Source: an uncultured Gemmatimonadales bacterium (GTDB taxonomy: Bacteria > Gemmatimonadota > Gemmatimonadetes > Longimicrobiales > RSA9). Taken from it: a stretch of 64,000 nucleotides of DNA. Shown here one piece after another: positions 54,484-64,000 of this stretch. The position numbers were made by a program, and so were the translations under genes. Positions within the stretch are counted from its first letter, which is position 1. Each line of letters begins with the position of its first letter. Where the stretch lies: the NCBI GenBank assembly GCA_963783305.1, contig CAWAMW010000016.1, forward strand, positions 96,001-160,000, read 5' to 3'. Under the pieces are notes generated by a model. The model saw nothing but the letters and a program-made list of their open reading frames with translations, searched no databases and had not been told where the DNA came from.

Positions 54484-57400
54484 ATGCTCCGCTCCATCTT
54501 CGGCTTCGAGGTACGGTATCAGCTGAAATCGCCGGTCTTCTGGTTGAGCGCGGCCATCTTCTTCCTGCTGGCGTTCGGCGCCGCTACCACGGACAGCATC
54601 CGGATCGGCGGGGCCCTCGGCAACGTGGACCGTAACTCGCCGTACGTGATCATGCAGTTCGGGCTCATCATGACGTTGATCGCCGGGCTGGTGGTGGTGC
54701 CTGCGTTCGTGGCGGGGGCCGTGCTGCGTGACCACGAGCACGGCACGTCCGGAATGCTCTTCACCACGCCCGTCCGCAAGCGGGATTATCTCGTGGGGCG
54801 GTTCGCCGGTGCGTTCGTGGTGTCGGCGGGCATCATGGTGGCGGTCCTGCTCGCGGTCCTGATCGGGTCGCTCATGCCGTGGCTGGACGCCGAGCGTGTG
54901 GGGCCCTTCCGGGCGGTGCCCTACGTCTACACGTTCCTCGTGCTGACGCTGCCGAACCTCTTCCTCATGGGCGCCATCGCCTTCGGCGCGGCCACGCTCA
55001 CGCGATCGATGATGGGGAGCTACCTGGGGATGGTGGCGCTGCTCATCGGGTACATCATCGCCGGGACCCTGCTGGGCGACCTGGAGAACGAGCAGCTCGC
55101 CGTCCTGCTGGACCCGATGGGGTTCGGCGCTTTCGCCGTAGCGACGCAGTACTGGACCACGTTCGAGCGGAACACGCAGGTGCTCGGCTTCGACCGCAAC
55201 CTGCTGCTGAACCGCGCGCTCTGGACCGCGGTGGGAGCCGCGCTGCTGGGGCTGACCTACGCGCGCTACCATCTCACGACCGAGGCGAAGCCGATGCGGG
55301 GGCCCCGCTGGCTGCGCCGGCGTGCTCGCCGGGCGGCGCCGGAGGACGAGCCGTCGGTGCCGCAGACGCGCGGGCTGGGCAGCCGACCCCTGCCGGCGCC
55401 CGGCTTCGGGCCCGGCGCCGGGCGCCACCAGCTGCTGCGCCAGACGGGGTTCGAGGTGCGGGGCGTGGTCCGGTCGCCGGCGTTCATCGTGATCCTCGTC
55501 CTCGCGGTCCTGAACGTGGTGGGCAGCTCCATCGGGCTGGAGGCGTTCGCGGGCACGCCCGTCCACCCGGTCACGCACCTGATGATCCAGGTGATACAGG
55601 GGGCCTTCCTCCTGTTCGCGTGGATCATTCTGACGTTCTATGCCGGTGAGCTCGTGTTCCGGGACCGGGAGAAGGACGTGGCGGGGATCCACGACGCGCT
55701 GCCGGTCCCCAACTGGGTGTTCTGGGGGGGGAAGATGGCGGCGCTGTCGGTCGTCATCCTGGGCGTGCTGCTGGTGGCGGTCCTGACGACCGTCGTCATC
55801 CAGCTGTTCTATGGCTTCACCGACATCGAGCCGGGGCTCTACGCGCTGGGCGTAGGCGTCCTGTTCGGCTGGCCGCTCCTGCTGATCGCGGTGCTGGCGC
55901 TCGCGGCCCAGGTGATCACGAACCAGAAGTACGTGGGGTTCCTGGTCATGCTGCTCTTCTTCATAAGCAGCCCGGTGCTCGCGGCCATGGGGTGGACCCA
56001 CAACCTATACCAGTATGCCGCCTCGCCGTACGCGCCCTATTCCGACATGAACGGGTACGGCCACTTCCTCGAGCCCACCTTCTGGTTCCTCGCGTACTGG
56101 ACCATGGCGGCGGTGATGCTCCTGGTCCTGACGGAGCTCTTCTGGGTGAGGGGTGGCGACCGCTCCCTCGCGGTCCGGCTCCGGCTCGCCCGGCTCCGGC
56201 TCCGACCCGGCACCGCTTCCGTCCTGGTGGTGGCGAGCCTCGCCTTCATCGGGATCGGCGCCTGGATCTTCTACAACACCAACGTGCTGAACGAGTACAT
56301 CACGCCCGAGGAGAGCCGTGACCGGCAGGCGGCGTACGAGAAGGAGTACGGGCGGTACGAGGGGATCCCGCAGCCGCGAATCACGTCCGTGTACAGCGAG
56401 GTGGATATCTTCCCGGAGGAGCGGGCGGTGGACATCCGCGGGATCTACAACATCGCCAACAGGACGGACGTGGCCATCGACTCGGTGCACATCAGCGTCC
56501 CGACGGTGCTGGACGTGACGGAGCTGCGGGTGCGGGGCGGGCGCGCGGTGATGGTGGACTCGGTCCTGGGATACCGGATCTACGCGCTGGACGAGCCACT
56601 TGAGCCGGGGCAGACGAGTGCGGTCAGCTTCGAGCTGGCCGTGCGGAACCCCGGGTTCGTGAACAGCGGGTCGAACACGGACGTGGTGGAGAACGGCACG
56701 TTCATCAACAGCTTCACCTACTTCCCGTACGTCGGGTACTCCACGGCCGCCGAGCTGACGGACCCGAACGAGCGCCGGAAGCGGGATCTGCCGCCGCCGG
56801 AGCGGATGGCGGCGCAATCGGACAGCGCCAACCTGAACCGCACCTACATCTCCGGCCAGGGCGACTGGGTGGTGTTCCACACCGTGGTAAGCACGAGCGC
56901 AGACCAGATCGCGCTCGCGCCGGGGTACCTGGAGCGCGAGTGGACCGAGAAGGGCCGCCGGTACTTCGAGTACGCCATGGACGCGCCGATCCTGCCCTTC
57001 TGGTCATACCTGTCGGCCGACTGGGCGGTCAGGACCGACCGGTGGAACGACCAGGTCGACATCGCCGTGTACTACCACCCGGACCACGAGTACAACGTGG
57101 ATCGCATGATCGAGGCGTCGAAGAAGTCGCTCGACTACTTCACCCGGGAGTTCGGGCCCTATCAGCACCGGCAGCTCCGGATCGTGGAGTTCCCGCGCTA
57201 CGCCCGGTTCGCCCAGAGCTTTCCGAACACGATCCCGTTCAGCGAGTCCATCGGCTTCATCGCGCGGCTCGGCGATCCCGACGACATCGACTATGTGTTC
57301 TACGTGACCGCCCACGAGATCGCGCACCAGTGGTGGGCGCATCAGGCCATCGGCGCCAACGTGCAGGGCGCCACCGTGCTGAGTGAGACGCTGGCGCAGT

Positions 57401-58098
57401 ACTCGGCGCTCATGGTCATGGAGGAGGAGTACGGCCCGGAGCACATGCGGCGATTCCTCAAGTACGAGCTCGACCAGTACCTCCAGGGCCGGGGGGGCGA
57501 GCGGATCGAGGAGCTGCCGCTGCGACTCGTGGAGAACCAGGGCTACATCCACTACCGCAAGGGCAGTCTGGCCATGTACGCGCTCCGCGATTACGTGGGC
57601 GAGTCGGCGCTGAACCAGCGGATCCGCGCGTTCCTGGACGCCGTGAAGTACCAGCAGCCGCCGTATACCACGTCCACGGAGCTGCTCGAGTACCTGGCTC
57701 CCGCCGTACCACCCGAGTACCAGGGCCTCCTCGAAGACCTGTTCGAGACCATCACGATCTGGGACCTGCGGGCGCGGGAGGTGACGGCGGAAGAGATGGA
57801 GGACGGCCGCTGGACGGTCACGCTGTCCGTGGCCGCCGCCAAGGCCCGGGCCACGGGCCAGGGCGAGGAGATCGACGTTCCACTCGACCAGTGGATCGAC
57901 ATCGGTGTGTTCGCCGAGAAGGCCGAGGGGTCACCGCCGGAAGGCGAGCTGATCTACCTGGAGAAGCGGCGGATCACCAGTGCCACCGACACCGTCCAGG
58001 TGGTCGTCGACCGGCGGCCCGTCCGCGCCGGGATCGACCCGTTCAACAAGCTCATCGACCGCGACCCTGGGGACAACATCGGCCGGATCGGGAACTGA
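54484..58098 (+). CDS. ABC-2 permease fused to an M1-family aminopeptidase domain
   Basis: Two multi-TM ABC-2 modules followed by FAQSFPNTIPFSE, HEIAHQWW, SETLAQYSAL and YIHYRKG. Confidence 0.92.
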   Translation: MLRSIFGFEVRYQLKSPVFWLSAAIFFLLAFGAATTDSIRIGGALGNVDRNSPYVIMQFGLIMTLIAGLVVVPAFVAGAVLRDHEHGTSGMLFTTPVRKRDYLVGRFAGAFVVSAGIMVAVLLAVLIGSLMPWLDAERVGPFRAVPYVYTFLVLTLPNLFLMGAIAFGAATLTRSMMGSYLGMVALLIGYIIAGTLLGDLENEQLAVLLDPMGFGAFAVATQYWTTFERNTQVLGFDRNLLLNRALWTAVGAALLGLTYARYHLTTEAKPMRGPRWLRRRARRAAPEDEPSVPQTRGLGSRPLPAPGFGPGAGRHQLLRQTGFEVRGVVRSPAFIVILVLAVLNVVGSSIGLEAFAGTPVHPVTHLMIQVIQGAFLLFAWIILTFYAGELVFRDREKDVAGIHDALPVPNWVFWGGKMAALSVVILGVLLVAVLTTVVIQLFYGFTDIEPGLYALGVGVLFGWPLLLIAVLALAAQVITNQKYVGFLVMLLFFISSPVLAAMGWTHNLYQYAASPYAPYSDMNGYGHFLEPTFWFLAYWTMAAVMLLVLTELFWVRGGDRSLAVRLRLARLRLRPGTASVLVVASLAFIGIGAWIFYNTNVLNEYITPEESRDRQAAYEKEYGRYEGIPQPRITSVYSEVDIFPEERAVDIRGIYNIANRTDVAIDSVHISVPTVLDVTELRVRGGRAVMVDSVLGYRIYALDEPLEPGQTSAVSFELAVRNPGFVNSGSNTDVVENGTFINSFTYFPYVGYSTAAELTDPNERRKRDLPPPERMAAQSDSANLNRTYISGQGDWVVFHTVVSTSADQIALAPGYLEREWTEKGRRYFEYAMDAPILPFWSYLSADWAVRTDRWNDQVDIAVYYHPDHEYNVDRMIEASKKSLDYFTREFGPYQHRQLRIVEFPRYARFAQSFPNTIPFSESIGFIARLGDPDDIDYVFYVTAHEIAHQWWAHQAIGANVQGATVLSETLAQYSALMVMEEEYGPEHMRRFLKYELDQYLQGRGGERIEELPLRLVENQGYIHYRKGSLAMYALRDYVGESALNQRIRAFLDAVKYQQPPYTTSTELLEYLAPAVPPEYQGLLEDLFETITIWDLRAREVTAEEMEDGRWTVTLSVAAAKARATGQGEEIDVPLDQWIDIGVFAEKAEGSPPEGELIYLEKRRITSATDTVQVVVDRRPVRAGIDPFNKLIDRDPGDNIGRIGN

Positions 58099-58106
58099 CG
58101 TTCGTC

Positions 58107-58799
58107 CTAGCTGGACATGGTGGCGGCGGTCGCGGCGGTGGTGGCGGCGATGATGGCGGCGTGCATGGCGTCGATGGCGGCTTTGGTGGCGCCGGCCACG
58201 GGGTCGCCGCGGCCGAGGGCCTCGAGGCGGTCCTTGCGCGCCTTCAGCTCCTTCTTGTCGAGGACGGGGCGGAGCAGGCCGGCGCGCCAGGCCAGGGCGG
58301 CGAGGATGGCGGTGCGGGGGTCGAGGTCGTCGTCATCGGAGAGGATGGCGTGGCGAAGCGACGCGACGAGGTCGCGCTCGGGTGCCGGGTCCAACTCGGG
58401 GTAGATCTTCCTGCGGAATAGGAGCAGAACGCGGTCCTCGCCGGTGCGAAGCACGCCCTTCCGAGCGAGCTGCACCGCGACCTGGTGCTTCAGACCCGTG
58501 CCGGCGAACTTCGCGACCCAGGTGGAGAGGGGCGCCCTGCGCTTTGCGTTCCGGATCTTCTCCAGCGCGTCATCGATGACGCGGTCTCCCGTCTGGGTGG
58601 CGCTCGCCAGGGTGAGCAGCGGCTGGCCACGTTTCCGCTCCTCCAATCGGACGCGCTCGTCCAGGAGGAGCTCGGCCAGGATCCCTCCTGCGATGGCGTA
58701 GCTGTACATGGAGCCGGAATGGACCACGCCGCGGTCGTCATCGAGGGCGAGGAGAAGCGCGCGCTCGTGGAGCCGGAGGTCCTGGAGTCGCGTGGCCAT
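58107..58799 (-). CDS. GPP34/GOLPH3-family protein
   Basis: LHERALLLALDDDRG...AIAGGILAELLL..GDRVIDDAL...RVLLLF..YP and an Ala-rich tail. Confidence 0.82.
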   Translation of the reverse strand: MATRLQDLRLHERALLLALDDDRGVVHSGSMYSYAIAGGILAELLLDERVRLEERKRGQPLLTLASATQTGDRVIDDALEKIRNAKRRAPLSTWVAKFAGTGLKHQVAVQLARKGVLRTGEDRVLLLFRRKIYPELDPAPERDLVASLRHAILSDDDDLDPRTAILAALAWRAGLLRPVLDKKELKARKDRLEALGRGDPVAGATKAAIDAMHAAIIAATTAATAATMSS

Positions 58800-58803
58800 C
58801 TCG

Positions 58804-59715
58804 TCAGCCGTCCTGGCGCCACTCTCGGGCGAGGGCTTCGCTCTCCGTCCATGCCGAGTACCAGAGGGAGCGGAGCGCCTGGGCCCCGGCGGCGAGCCGC
58901 TCGATGGCGAACTGCTCGGTGGCGGGGGCGGCGGGACTGTCCGGATCGAAGCCGGGCCCCTGTTCGAGCTCATACAGTCGGACGACCTGGTCGTTGGAGT
59001 CTCGGATCAGGGCCAGGATGGCGGAGCGCGCGTCCGCGTTGGGCGCGACGCCGGGCGTGACCTCGCGCCGCACCTCGTCCATGGTGACGTGGGCCTCGAG
59101 GAACCGGCTTTCGAAGCGCCAGTGGAAGTCGCGGCTGGTGGTGAAGCCCCGGGGGTTCGGCGCGTCGCGGGACCACCCGTTGAAGTGGATGGTGCTGTGG
59201 TGCGGGTTGGCGGCGTCGGCGACGTAGTGCCCGAGGACGCCGGCGTCGTTGATGATCCGCTCCTCGATCCACGCCCGCTCCTGCGCACTTTCGGCGACTC
59301 GCCAGCGGGCGAAGCCGGTGGTCAGGCGCTGGTGGAGCTCGATGACCCGGTACGGCAGGAACCCCACCGCCTGCTCGGGCCGCTGGATGCCGGCCTCGTA
59401 GAGCGCGGCGATGAACCGGTATCGGTCGGGCGCGTCGAGCGCGTCGCCGGGGACGTTCTCCAGGTCGATGTAGTGGTCGTACTTGAAGGCCTCGTCCATG
59501 GCGCTCAGGTCGCTCTCGCGCCAGCGGTCCGGCTCGGGGTTCAGGTAGGTCAGCTGGTCCGCCGCGCTCGTGAAGAACGACGGCATGGACGAGGGGAGCC
59601 CCTCCGCTGCAATGCGACCGATGATCCCGTGTCCTTCCGCGCCCCAGGCGGCGGCCGTTCCGGCGACCGCGAGAGTGAGGAGCCCCGCCGTGATCATGCT
59701 TCGTCCGTGCTTCAT
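58804..59715 (-). CDS. Secreted S1/P1 nuclease / phospholipase C-like zinc hydrolase
   Basis: Signal peptide then WGAEGH, PDRWR, HYIDLE, LGHYVADAANPHH and HWRFES. Confidence 0.8.
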   Translation of the reverse strand: MKHGRSMITAGLLTLAVAGTAAAWGAEGHGIIGRIAAEGLPSSMPSFFTSAADQLTYLNPEPDRWRESDLSAMDEAFKYDHYIDLENVPGDALDAPDRYRFIAALYEAGIQRPEQAVGFLPYRVIELHQRLTTGFARWRVAESAQERAWIEERIINDAGVLGHYVADAANPHHSTIHFNGWSRDAPNPRGFTTSRDFHWRFESRFLEAHVTMDEVRREVTPGVAPNADARSAILALIRDSNDQVVRLYELEQGPGFDPDSPAAPATEQFAIERLAAGAQALRSLWYSAWTESEALAREWRQDG

Positions 59716-59801
59716 CTCTATCCGTCCGTGGGTCGGTTTCGCTTCGGGTTGCGCCGATGGAATGTGACGGGGGGTGGAGCCGCAGTCCAGAGCGGGGGTC
59801 G

Positions 59802-61949
59802 TCAGTTGGAGATGCTGCGGCGCATCCGGCGGAAGATCCGGCGGGCGAAGGAGGTCGCGTGCGGGGGGAGCCCGGGGCGGGTGGCTCCCAGGAACAGGGC
59901 GGCCGTTGCGGGTTCGACGGCGCGGGAGAAGAGGAACCCCTGTACTTCCTGGGGTCGAAGCTCCCCGAGTCGCTCCAGCTGTGCCTCGGTCTCCACACCT
60001 TCCACGATGGCGTGGATCCCGAGCTTGCGGGCGAGGCGGGTGATGGTGGCCACGAGTTCCAGGTCGCGGGGCGAGTCATTGAGGCGGGCAACGAAGGAGC
60101 GGTCCACCTTGATGATGTCGAGGGGGAACCTCCGGAGCTGCGCGAGCGAGGAGTAGCCGGTGCCGAAGTCGTCGAGACACAGGCGGAAGCCGATCTCGTG
60201 CAGGGTGCGGAGGGTACGCTCCGCGTGGTCGGCGTCGTACATCAGGGCGCTTTCCGTCAGCTCGAGGCGGATCCGCCCGGGCTCGATCCGCGCCTCGTCG
60301 AAGATGCCGGAGATCCGATCTACGAGGGTCGCCTCCAGGAACTGGCGGGGGGAGATGTTGACGGACATGACAGCGTCGGCCGCGGCGGGGACCGCGTCGC
60401 TCCATTCCTTCAGCTGGCGGGCGGCCTCGCGGAGGGCCCAGAAGCCGAAGGGAACGATGAGCCCGGTCTTTTCGGCGAGGGGGATGAACGAGCCGGGGGG
60501 CAGGAGTCCGCGCTGAGGGTGGCGCCAGCGGGCGAGGGCCTCGAAGCCCGTCGTCCTGCCGGAATCGAACGACAGGATAGGTTGGTAGTGGAGCACGAAC
60601 TGCTGCTGGCCGAGGGCATGGCGCAGGTCGCTCTCGACCTCCAGTCCGGAGGCCGCGGATGAGTGCATCGCGGGCTTGAACACCTCGTAGCGCGCGCCGC
60701 CGCGGGTTTTGGCCCGGTACATGGCGAGGTCGGCCTCGCGGAGGAGCGCGGCGGGGCTGGAGCGGAGGTCGGTCAGCCAGGTGATGCCGATGCTGGCGGT
60801 GGTGAAGAACTCGCGTCCGCGCACCTCGTAGGGGCGGTCCAACCGCTCGAGGATCCGCTCCGCGACCTCCAGCGCATCGTCGAGGGCAGCCATCCGGTCG
60901 AGCAGGACCACGAACTCGTCACCCCCGAGGCGCCCGACGGTATCTACCTCCCGGACACACGAGAGCAGGAGGTTCGCCGTTCGGCGGAGGACCTCGTCTC
61001 CGGCCTCGTGACCCAGGGTATCGTTGACGCCCTTGAAGCGGTCGAGGTCGACGAAGAGGAGTCCGAACGGATCTTCGATCCCCCGCTCCGAGCGCCGGAC
61101 CGCCTGCTCCAGGCGGTCCATGAAGAGCACCCGGTTCGGCAGCCCTGTGAGGGAGTCGTGGAGAGCATCGTGCTGGAGCTGGATCTCCACGCGTTTCCGC
61201 TCGCTGATGTCGTGGATGATGCCCTGCGAGCCGAGGGACGCGCTGTTGGGGGCGCGCCACTCTGTCGTGGTGAGCAGGCACCAGAGGTTGCGACGGTCGC
61301 TCGTCCGCACCCGCACCTCCGTGTCCCGGACCGACCCGGCCCGCGCCATCTCCCGCTGGATGCGCTCGTAGTCGTCCGGATCGCAGAAGAGGGACGCGAG
61401 CGTCCGTCCCACCAGCTCTTCCGCCCGGTAGCCGAAAAGCTCCAGCGCGGCGCGGTTCACCTCGATGATGTGGTCGCCGGCGTCGGCGATGTAGATGGCG
61501 TCCCGCGACTGCTGGAAGAGCATACGGTACCGCTGCTCGCTCTCCCGAAGCGCCACCTCCGCCCGGCTGCGCTCCACCGCGTGCCGAATCGTTCGCACCA
61601 CGGGCTTGGCGTAGAGCTGACCGGGAGGGAGGTGATCGTCAGCGCCGTGCTGGAGTGCCCGGAGCGCCGTTGGGTCGTTCTCGCTCGCGGACAGCACGAT
61701 GATGGGGGCCTGCGCCACGTACGCCATCAGGATGGCCAGCGTCGGGAGCCCCTGACTGTCGGGCAGCGACAGGTCCGCGAGGACCGCATCGAAGAGCGCC
61801 GCCTTTAGCCCCTCCACCGCGTCGCTCAGGAGGGCGACGCTGGTCACCTCGAAGTGGACAGCGGACTCGTCACGGAGCAGCGCCGCGAGGGCGTCGGCCC
61901 GGGCCGAATTGCCGTCCACGATCATGACCCTGAGGGTGTCGTTACGCAT
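59802..61949 (-). CDS. REC-PAS-GGDEF-EAL c-di-GMP cyclase/phosphodiesterase
   Basis: HDSLTGLPNR, DLDRFK, RLGGDEF, FEALARW, ELTES and LDDFGTGYSS. Confidence 0.93.
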   Translation of the reverse strand: MRNDTLRVMIVDGNSARADALAALLRDESAVHFEVTSVALLSDAVEGLKAALFDAVLADLSLPDSQGLPTLAILMAYVAQAPIIVLSASENDPTALRALQHGADDHLPPGQLYAKPVVRTIRHAVERSRAEVALRESEQRYRMLFQQSRDAIYIADAGDHIIEVNRAALELFGYRAEELVGRTLASLFCDPDDYERIQREMARAGSVRDTEVRVRTSDRRNLWCLLTTTEWRAPNSASLGSQGIIHDISERKRVEIQLQHDALHDSLTGLPNRVLFMDRLEQAVRRSERGIEDPFGLLFVDLDRFKGVNDTLGHEAGDEVLRRTANLLLSCVREVDTVGRLGGDEFVVLLDRMAALDDALEVAERILERLDRPYEVRGREFFTTASIGITWLTDLRSSPAALLREADLAMYRAKTRGGARYEVFKPAMHSSAASGLEVESDLRHALGQQQFVLHYQPILSFDSGRTTGFEALARWRHPQRGLLPPGSFIPLAEKTGLIVPFGFWALREAARQLKEWSDAVPAAADAVMSVNISPRQFLEATLVDRISGIFDEARIEPGRIRLELTESALMYDADHAERTLRTLHEIGFRLCLDDFGTGYSSLAQLRRFPLDIIKVDRSFVARLNDSPRDLELVATITRLARKLGIHAIVEGVETEAQLERLGELRPQEVQGFLFSRAVEPATAALFLGATRPGLPPHATSFARRIFRRMRRSISN

Positions 61950-62031
61950 GGGGTACTCTCGTCGCGTGCGGCGGCGGATCACCGCGGCGGAGCCGTGGCG
62001 GGCGGGGAGGGGAGTGGGCGGGATATACCGG

Positions 62032-62047
62032 TGCAAGTTCGTGGCCA
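62032..62047 (-). promoter_or_regulatory. Sigma54 -24/-12 site
   Basis: Minus strand TGGCCACGAACTTGCA, upstream of the GGDEF-EAL gene. Confidence 0.55.
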
Positions 62048-62090
62048 GCGGTTGTGGCGCGCGGGGTTGACCGCGGGGTCATCTTGAGGG

Positions 62091-63362
62091 ATGAGCGATA
62101 CGGAGAAGCGGGAGGAGGCGGCCGCGGCGGATCCGATCGCCCCGATCGAGCCGCGGCGGCGCGGTCATCGGTCGCAGAGTGGGTTTGGCAGGGTGGTGTC
62201 GCTGCTCGTGCTGTGGTCGCTCGGCTGGTGGTCGGCGCTGGGGGTCGTGGTGCGGCCATGGGTCCCCGGGGGATGGCCGGTGCTGCTGGCGGTCGCCGGG
62301 CTCACGGTTCTCCTGCCGCTGGCGGCGTTCTGGCGGGCGATGGCGGGGCGGCTCTACCCGGGCGCCGCCATCCGGCTGTTCGTCTTCCGCCCCTTCTGGT
62401 ACCTCCAGCTGGGGGTGCCGCTGGTGGCGGCGGCTGGGCTGCTGGGCGCAATAGCCGGCATCCCGTTCGGCGCGCCTGGCGCCGTGGGTCGCTACGCGGT
62501 GGCTTTCGTGACGCTGCTGCTGCTGACGGTGGCCGTGGCCGGATGGGTCGGCAGCCGGCAGCTTTCCGTCCGCCATGTCGAGGCGGTGTTCCCCGACCTG
62601 CCGGACGGTTTGCATGGGCTCCGCATCGCGCAGCTTTCGGACCTGCACGTCGGGCCGCACACGTCGCTGCGGCACCTTGGGCGTGTGGTGGTAGCGGTGC
62701 GGCGTGCCGAGGCGGAGCTGGTGGTGTTCACGGGCGACCAGGTAGACGACTACCCACGAGACACGGAGCCCTTCGCGCGTGCGTTTGCCGGGGTTTCTGC
62801 GGAGCTGGGTGTCTTTGCCATTGCGGGAAACCACAATGTGTATGCCGGGTGGCCGACGGTGAGGCGTGGTCTGGAGGCGGCGGGACAGCGGGTGCTGGTC
62901 AACGAGGCGGTGGAGCTACTGTGGCGGGGTGCGTCGCTCTGGCTGGCGGGCACGGGAGACCCGGCGGCGCGTGGCTTCGCCGACGGGCGGGGCGGGGAGG
63001 CGGCGCCGGACGTCGAGCGGGCGCTGGCGGGGGTGCCGGCTGGAGCCTTCGTGGTGGCGCTGGCGCACAACCCGGTCCTATGGCCGGCGCTGGTGGAGCG
63101 GGGCGTTCCTCTGACGCTGAGCGGCCACACCCACCACGGTCAGCTCTCGGTCCCAAAGCTGGACTGGAGCCTGGCGTCGGTTTTCCTGGAGCACGCCATG
63201 GGGGCGTACGAAAACGGGAGGTCGCTCCTCTACATCAACCCCGGGACCAACTACTGGGGGCTGCCGTTCCGGATCGGTGCGCTGCCGGAGGTGACGTTGG
63301 TGGAGCTGCGGCGCGGTGCCGGGCCCGAGCTGATCGATCGGGGGGTCGTCGGTCGTGGCTGA
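62091..63362 (+). CDS. Membrane-anchored metallophosphoesterase (YkuE/YaeI-like)
   Basis: N-terminal TM segments, LSDLHVG, FTGDQVD, AGNHN, LAHNP and LSGHTHHGQ. Confidence 0.9.
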   Translation: MSDTEKREEAAAADPIAPIEPRRRGHRSQSGFGRVVSLLVLWSLGWWSALGVVVRPWVPGGWPVLLAVAGLTVLLPLAAFWRAMAGRLYPGAAIRLFVFRPFWYLQLGVPLVAAAGLLGAIAGIPFGAPGAVGRYAVAFVTLLLLTVAVAGWVGSRQLSVRHVEAVFPDLPDGLHGLRIAQLSDLHVGPHTSLRHLGRVVVAVRRAEAELVVFTGDQVDDYPRDTEPFARAFAGVSAELGVFAIAGNHNVYAGWPTVRRGLEAAGQRVLVNEAVELLWRGASLWLAGTGDPAARGFADGRGGEAAPDVERALAGVPAGAFVVALAHNPVLWPALVERGVPLTLSGHTHHGQLSVPKLDWSLASVFLEHAMGAYENGRSLLYINPGTNYWGLPFRIGALPEVTLVELRRGAGPELIDRGVVGRG

Positions 63363-63368
63363 GATTCT

Positions 63369-63941
63369 TCACCATGCGTAGGTGATGAGGACGACCACCG
63401 GCGTGAGGTTGACGACCACGGCTGCCGGGTTCCCCATTTCCGCGATCACCCCCGCGGTGAGCCGGGGTCCCGCCCGTACATGGCGTCGTCCCCAGAACAG
63501 CGCGCCCGAAACGGCCCCCAGCACACCGGGAAGGCATCCACTGCACTCGTCGAGCCCCGCCAGCCCGAGCTGGATACGGCGGTCGAAGGTTATGGAGTCC
63601 GCAACGCGCGTCCGGAGGAAGACGCCGAGGTGGGCGAAATCCACGAGGGCGTCGTCACCGGGGACGAGGGTGCGGTCCAGTTGCGGGACCCCGATCCCGA
63701 TCTCCAGCCCGAGAAAGCGATCGGCACCGGTCGCCCAGCCGTAGGAGAGAGTGCCATGAAAGGGGTGGACCGCGAGGGCGACCTCGCGGTCCTGGCCGCT
63801 GACAGGCCGGGTGCTCGCGAAGGAGCCAAGAACGAGCCCGACCGCGAGTGTCAGGACGGTCCGATGGAGCCGGGCGGCACCGGGTTTGCGAGTGCGGCGG
63901 CCCAACGGCGGCACGGGTCGCCGCAGAACAGGGGGATGCAT
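63369..63941 (-). CDS. Hypothetical exported/beta-strand-rich protein
   Basis: Signal-like segment, alternating beta pattern and C-terminal YAW. Start is uncertain. Confidence 0.5.
   Translation of the reverse strand: MHPPVLRRPVPPLGRRTRKPGAARLHRTVLTLAVGLVLGSFASTRPVSGQDREVALAVHPFHGTLSYGWATGADRFLGLEIGIGVPQLDRTLVPGDDALVDFAHLGVFLRTRVADSITFDRRIQLGLAGLDECSGCLPGVLGAVSGALFWGRRHVRAGPRLTAGVIAEMGNPAAVVVNLTPVVVLITYAW
63875..63890 (+). promoter_or_regulatory. Sigma54-like -24/-12 site
   Basis: CGGCACCGGGTTTGCG, 50 bp before ATG 63940. Confidence 0.5.
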
Positions 63942-64000
63942 GAGCTTTCTCTGGATGCTGTTGATCGGCCTGATCGCAGGTGCGATCGCGAAGCTAATCA
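63940..64000 (+). CDS. GlsB/YeaQ/YmgE stress-response membrane protein, 5' fragment
   Basis: MSFLWMLLIGLIAGAIAKLI..., running off the window; GGGGG RBS. Confidence 0.7.
   Translation, partial: MSFLWMLLIGLIAGAIAKLI

Noticed and set aside
54484..58098. ABC permease-M1 aminopeptidase fusion as a novelty
   Set aside because: This is an already recognised, widespread architecture.
63936..63944. Head-to-head overlapping start codons of two divergent ORFs
   Set aside because: The minus-strand start is only the longest-ORF call and the true start is probably further downstream.

Overview
High-GC bacterial chromosomal window. The housekeeping context (PadR-ADOP pair, DUF5916 protein, ABC/M1-peptidase fusion, FN3/Ig-M8 protease) suggests Gemmatimonadota or Acidobacteriota; this is an inference, not a classification. 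Bases 1-17.6 kb are a dissimilatory sulfur energy-metabolism cluster. On the minus strand lie rex, aprBA, two Cys-rich accessory genes (one frameshifted) and qmoA, which runs off the window. On the plus strand lie a stand-alone DsrMK-like pair, a PAS/sigma54 activator, and a sigma54-promoter operon for a compact Hmc-like membrane redox complex. The NrfD/HybB subunit of that complex is fused to a six-CxxCH class III cytochrome c, and the operon ends with a histidine kinase and two single-domain receivers. Rex boxes, a repeated FNR/CRP-like box, enhancer-like repeats and a -24/-12 promoter can be read directly from the intergenic DNA. The remaining ~46 kb are ordinary stress, metal, transport, signalling and amino-acid genes. 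They include two copies of an unannotated ~190-bp element built from 47-bp palindromes with 14/17/14-bp variable spacers, a gdh gene followed by two PPDK_N-type genes, and several sigma54-like promoters in front of stress genes. No rRNA, tRNA, CRISPR-Cas locus, transposase or prophage was recognised.
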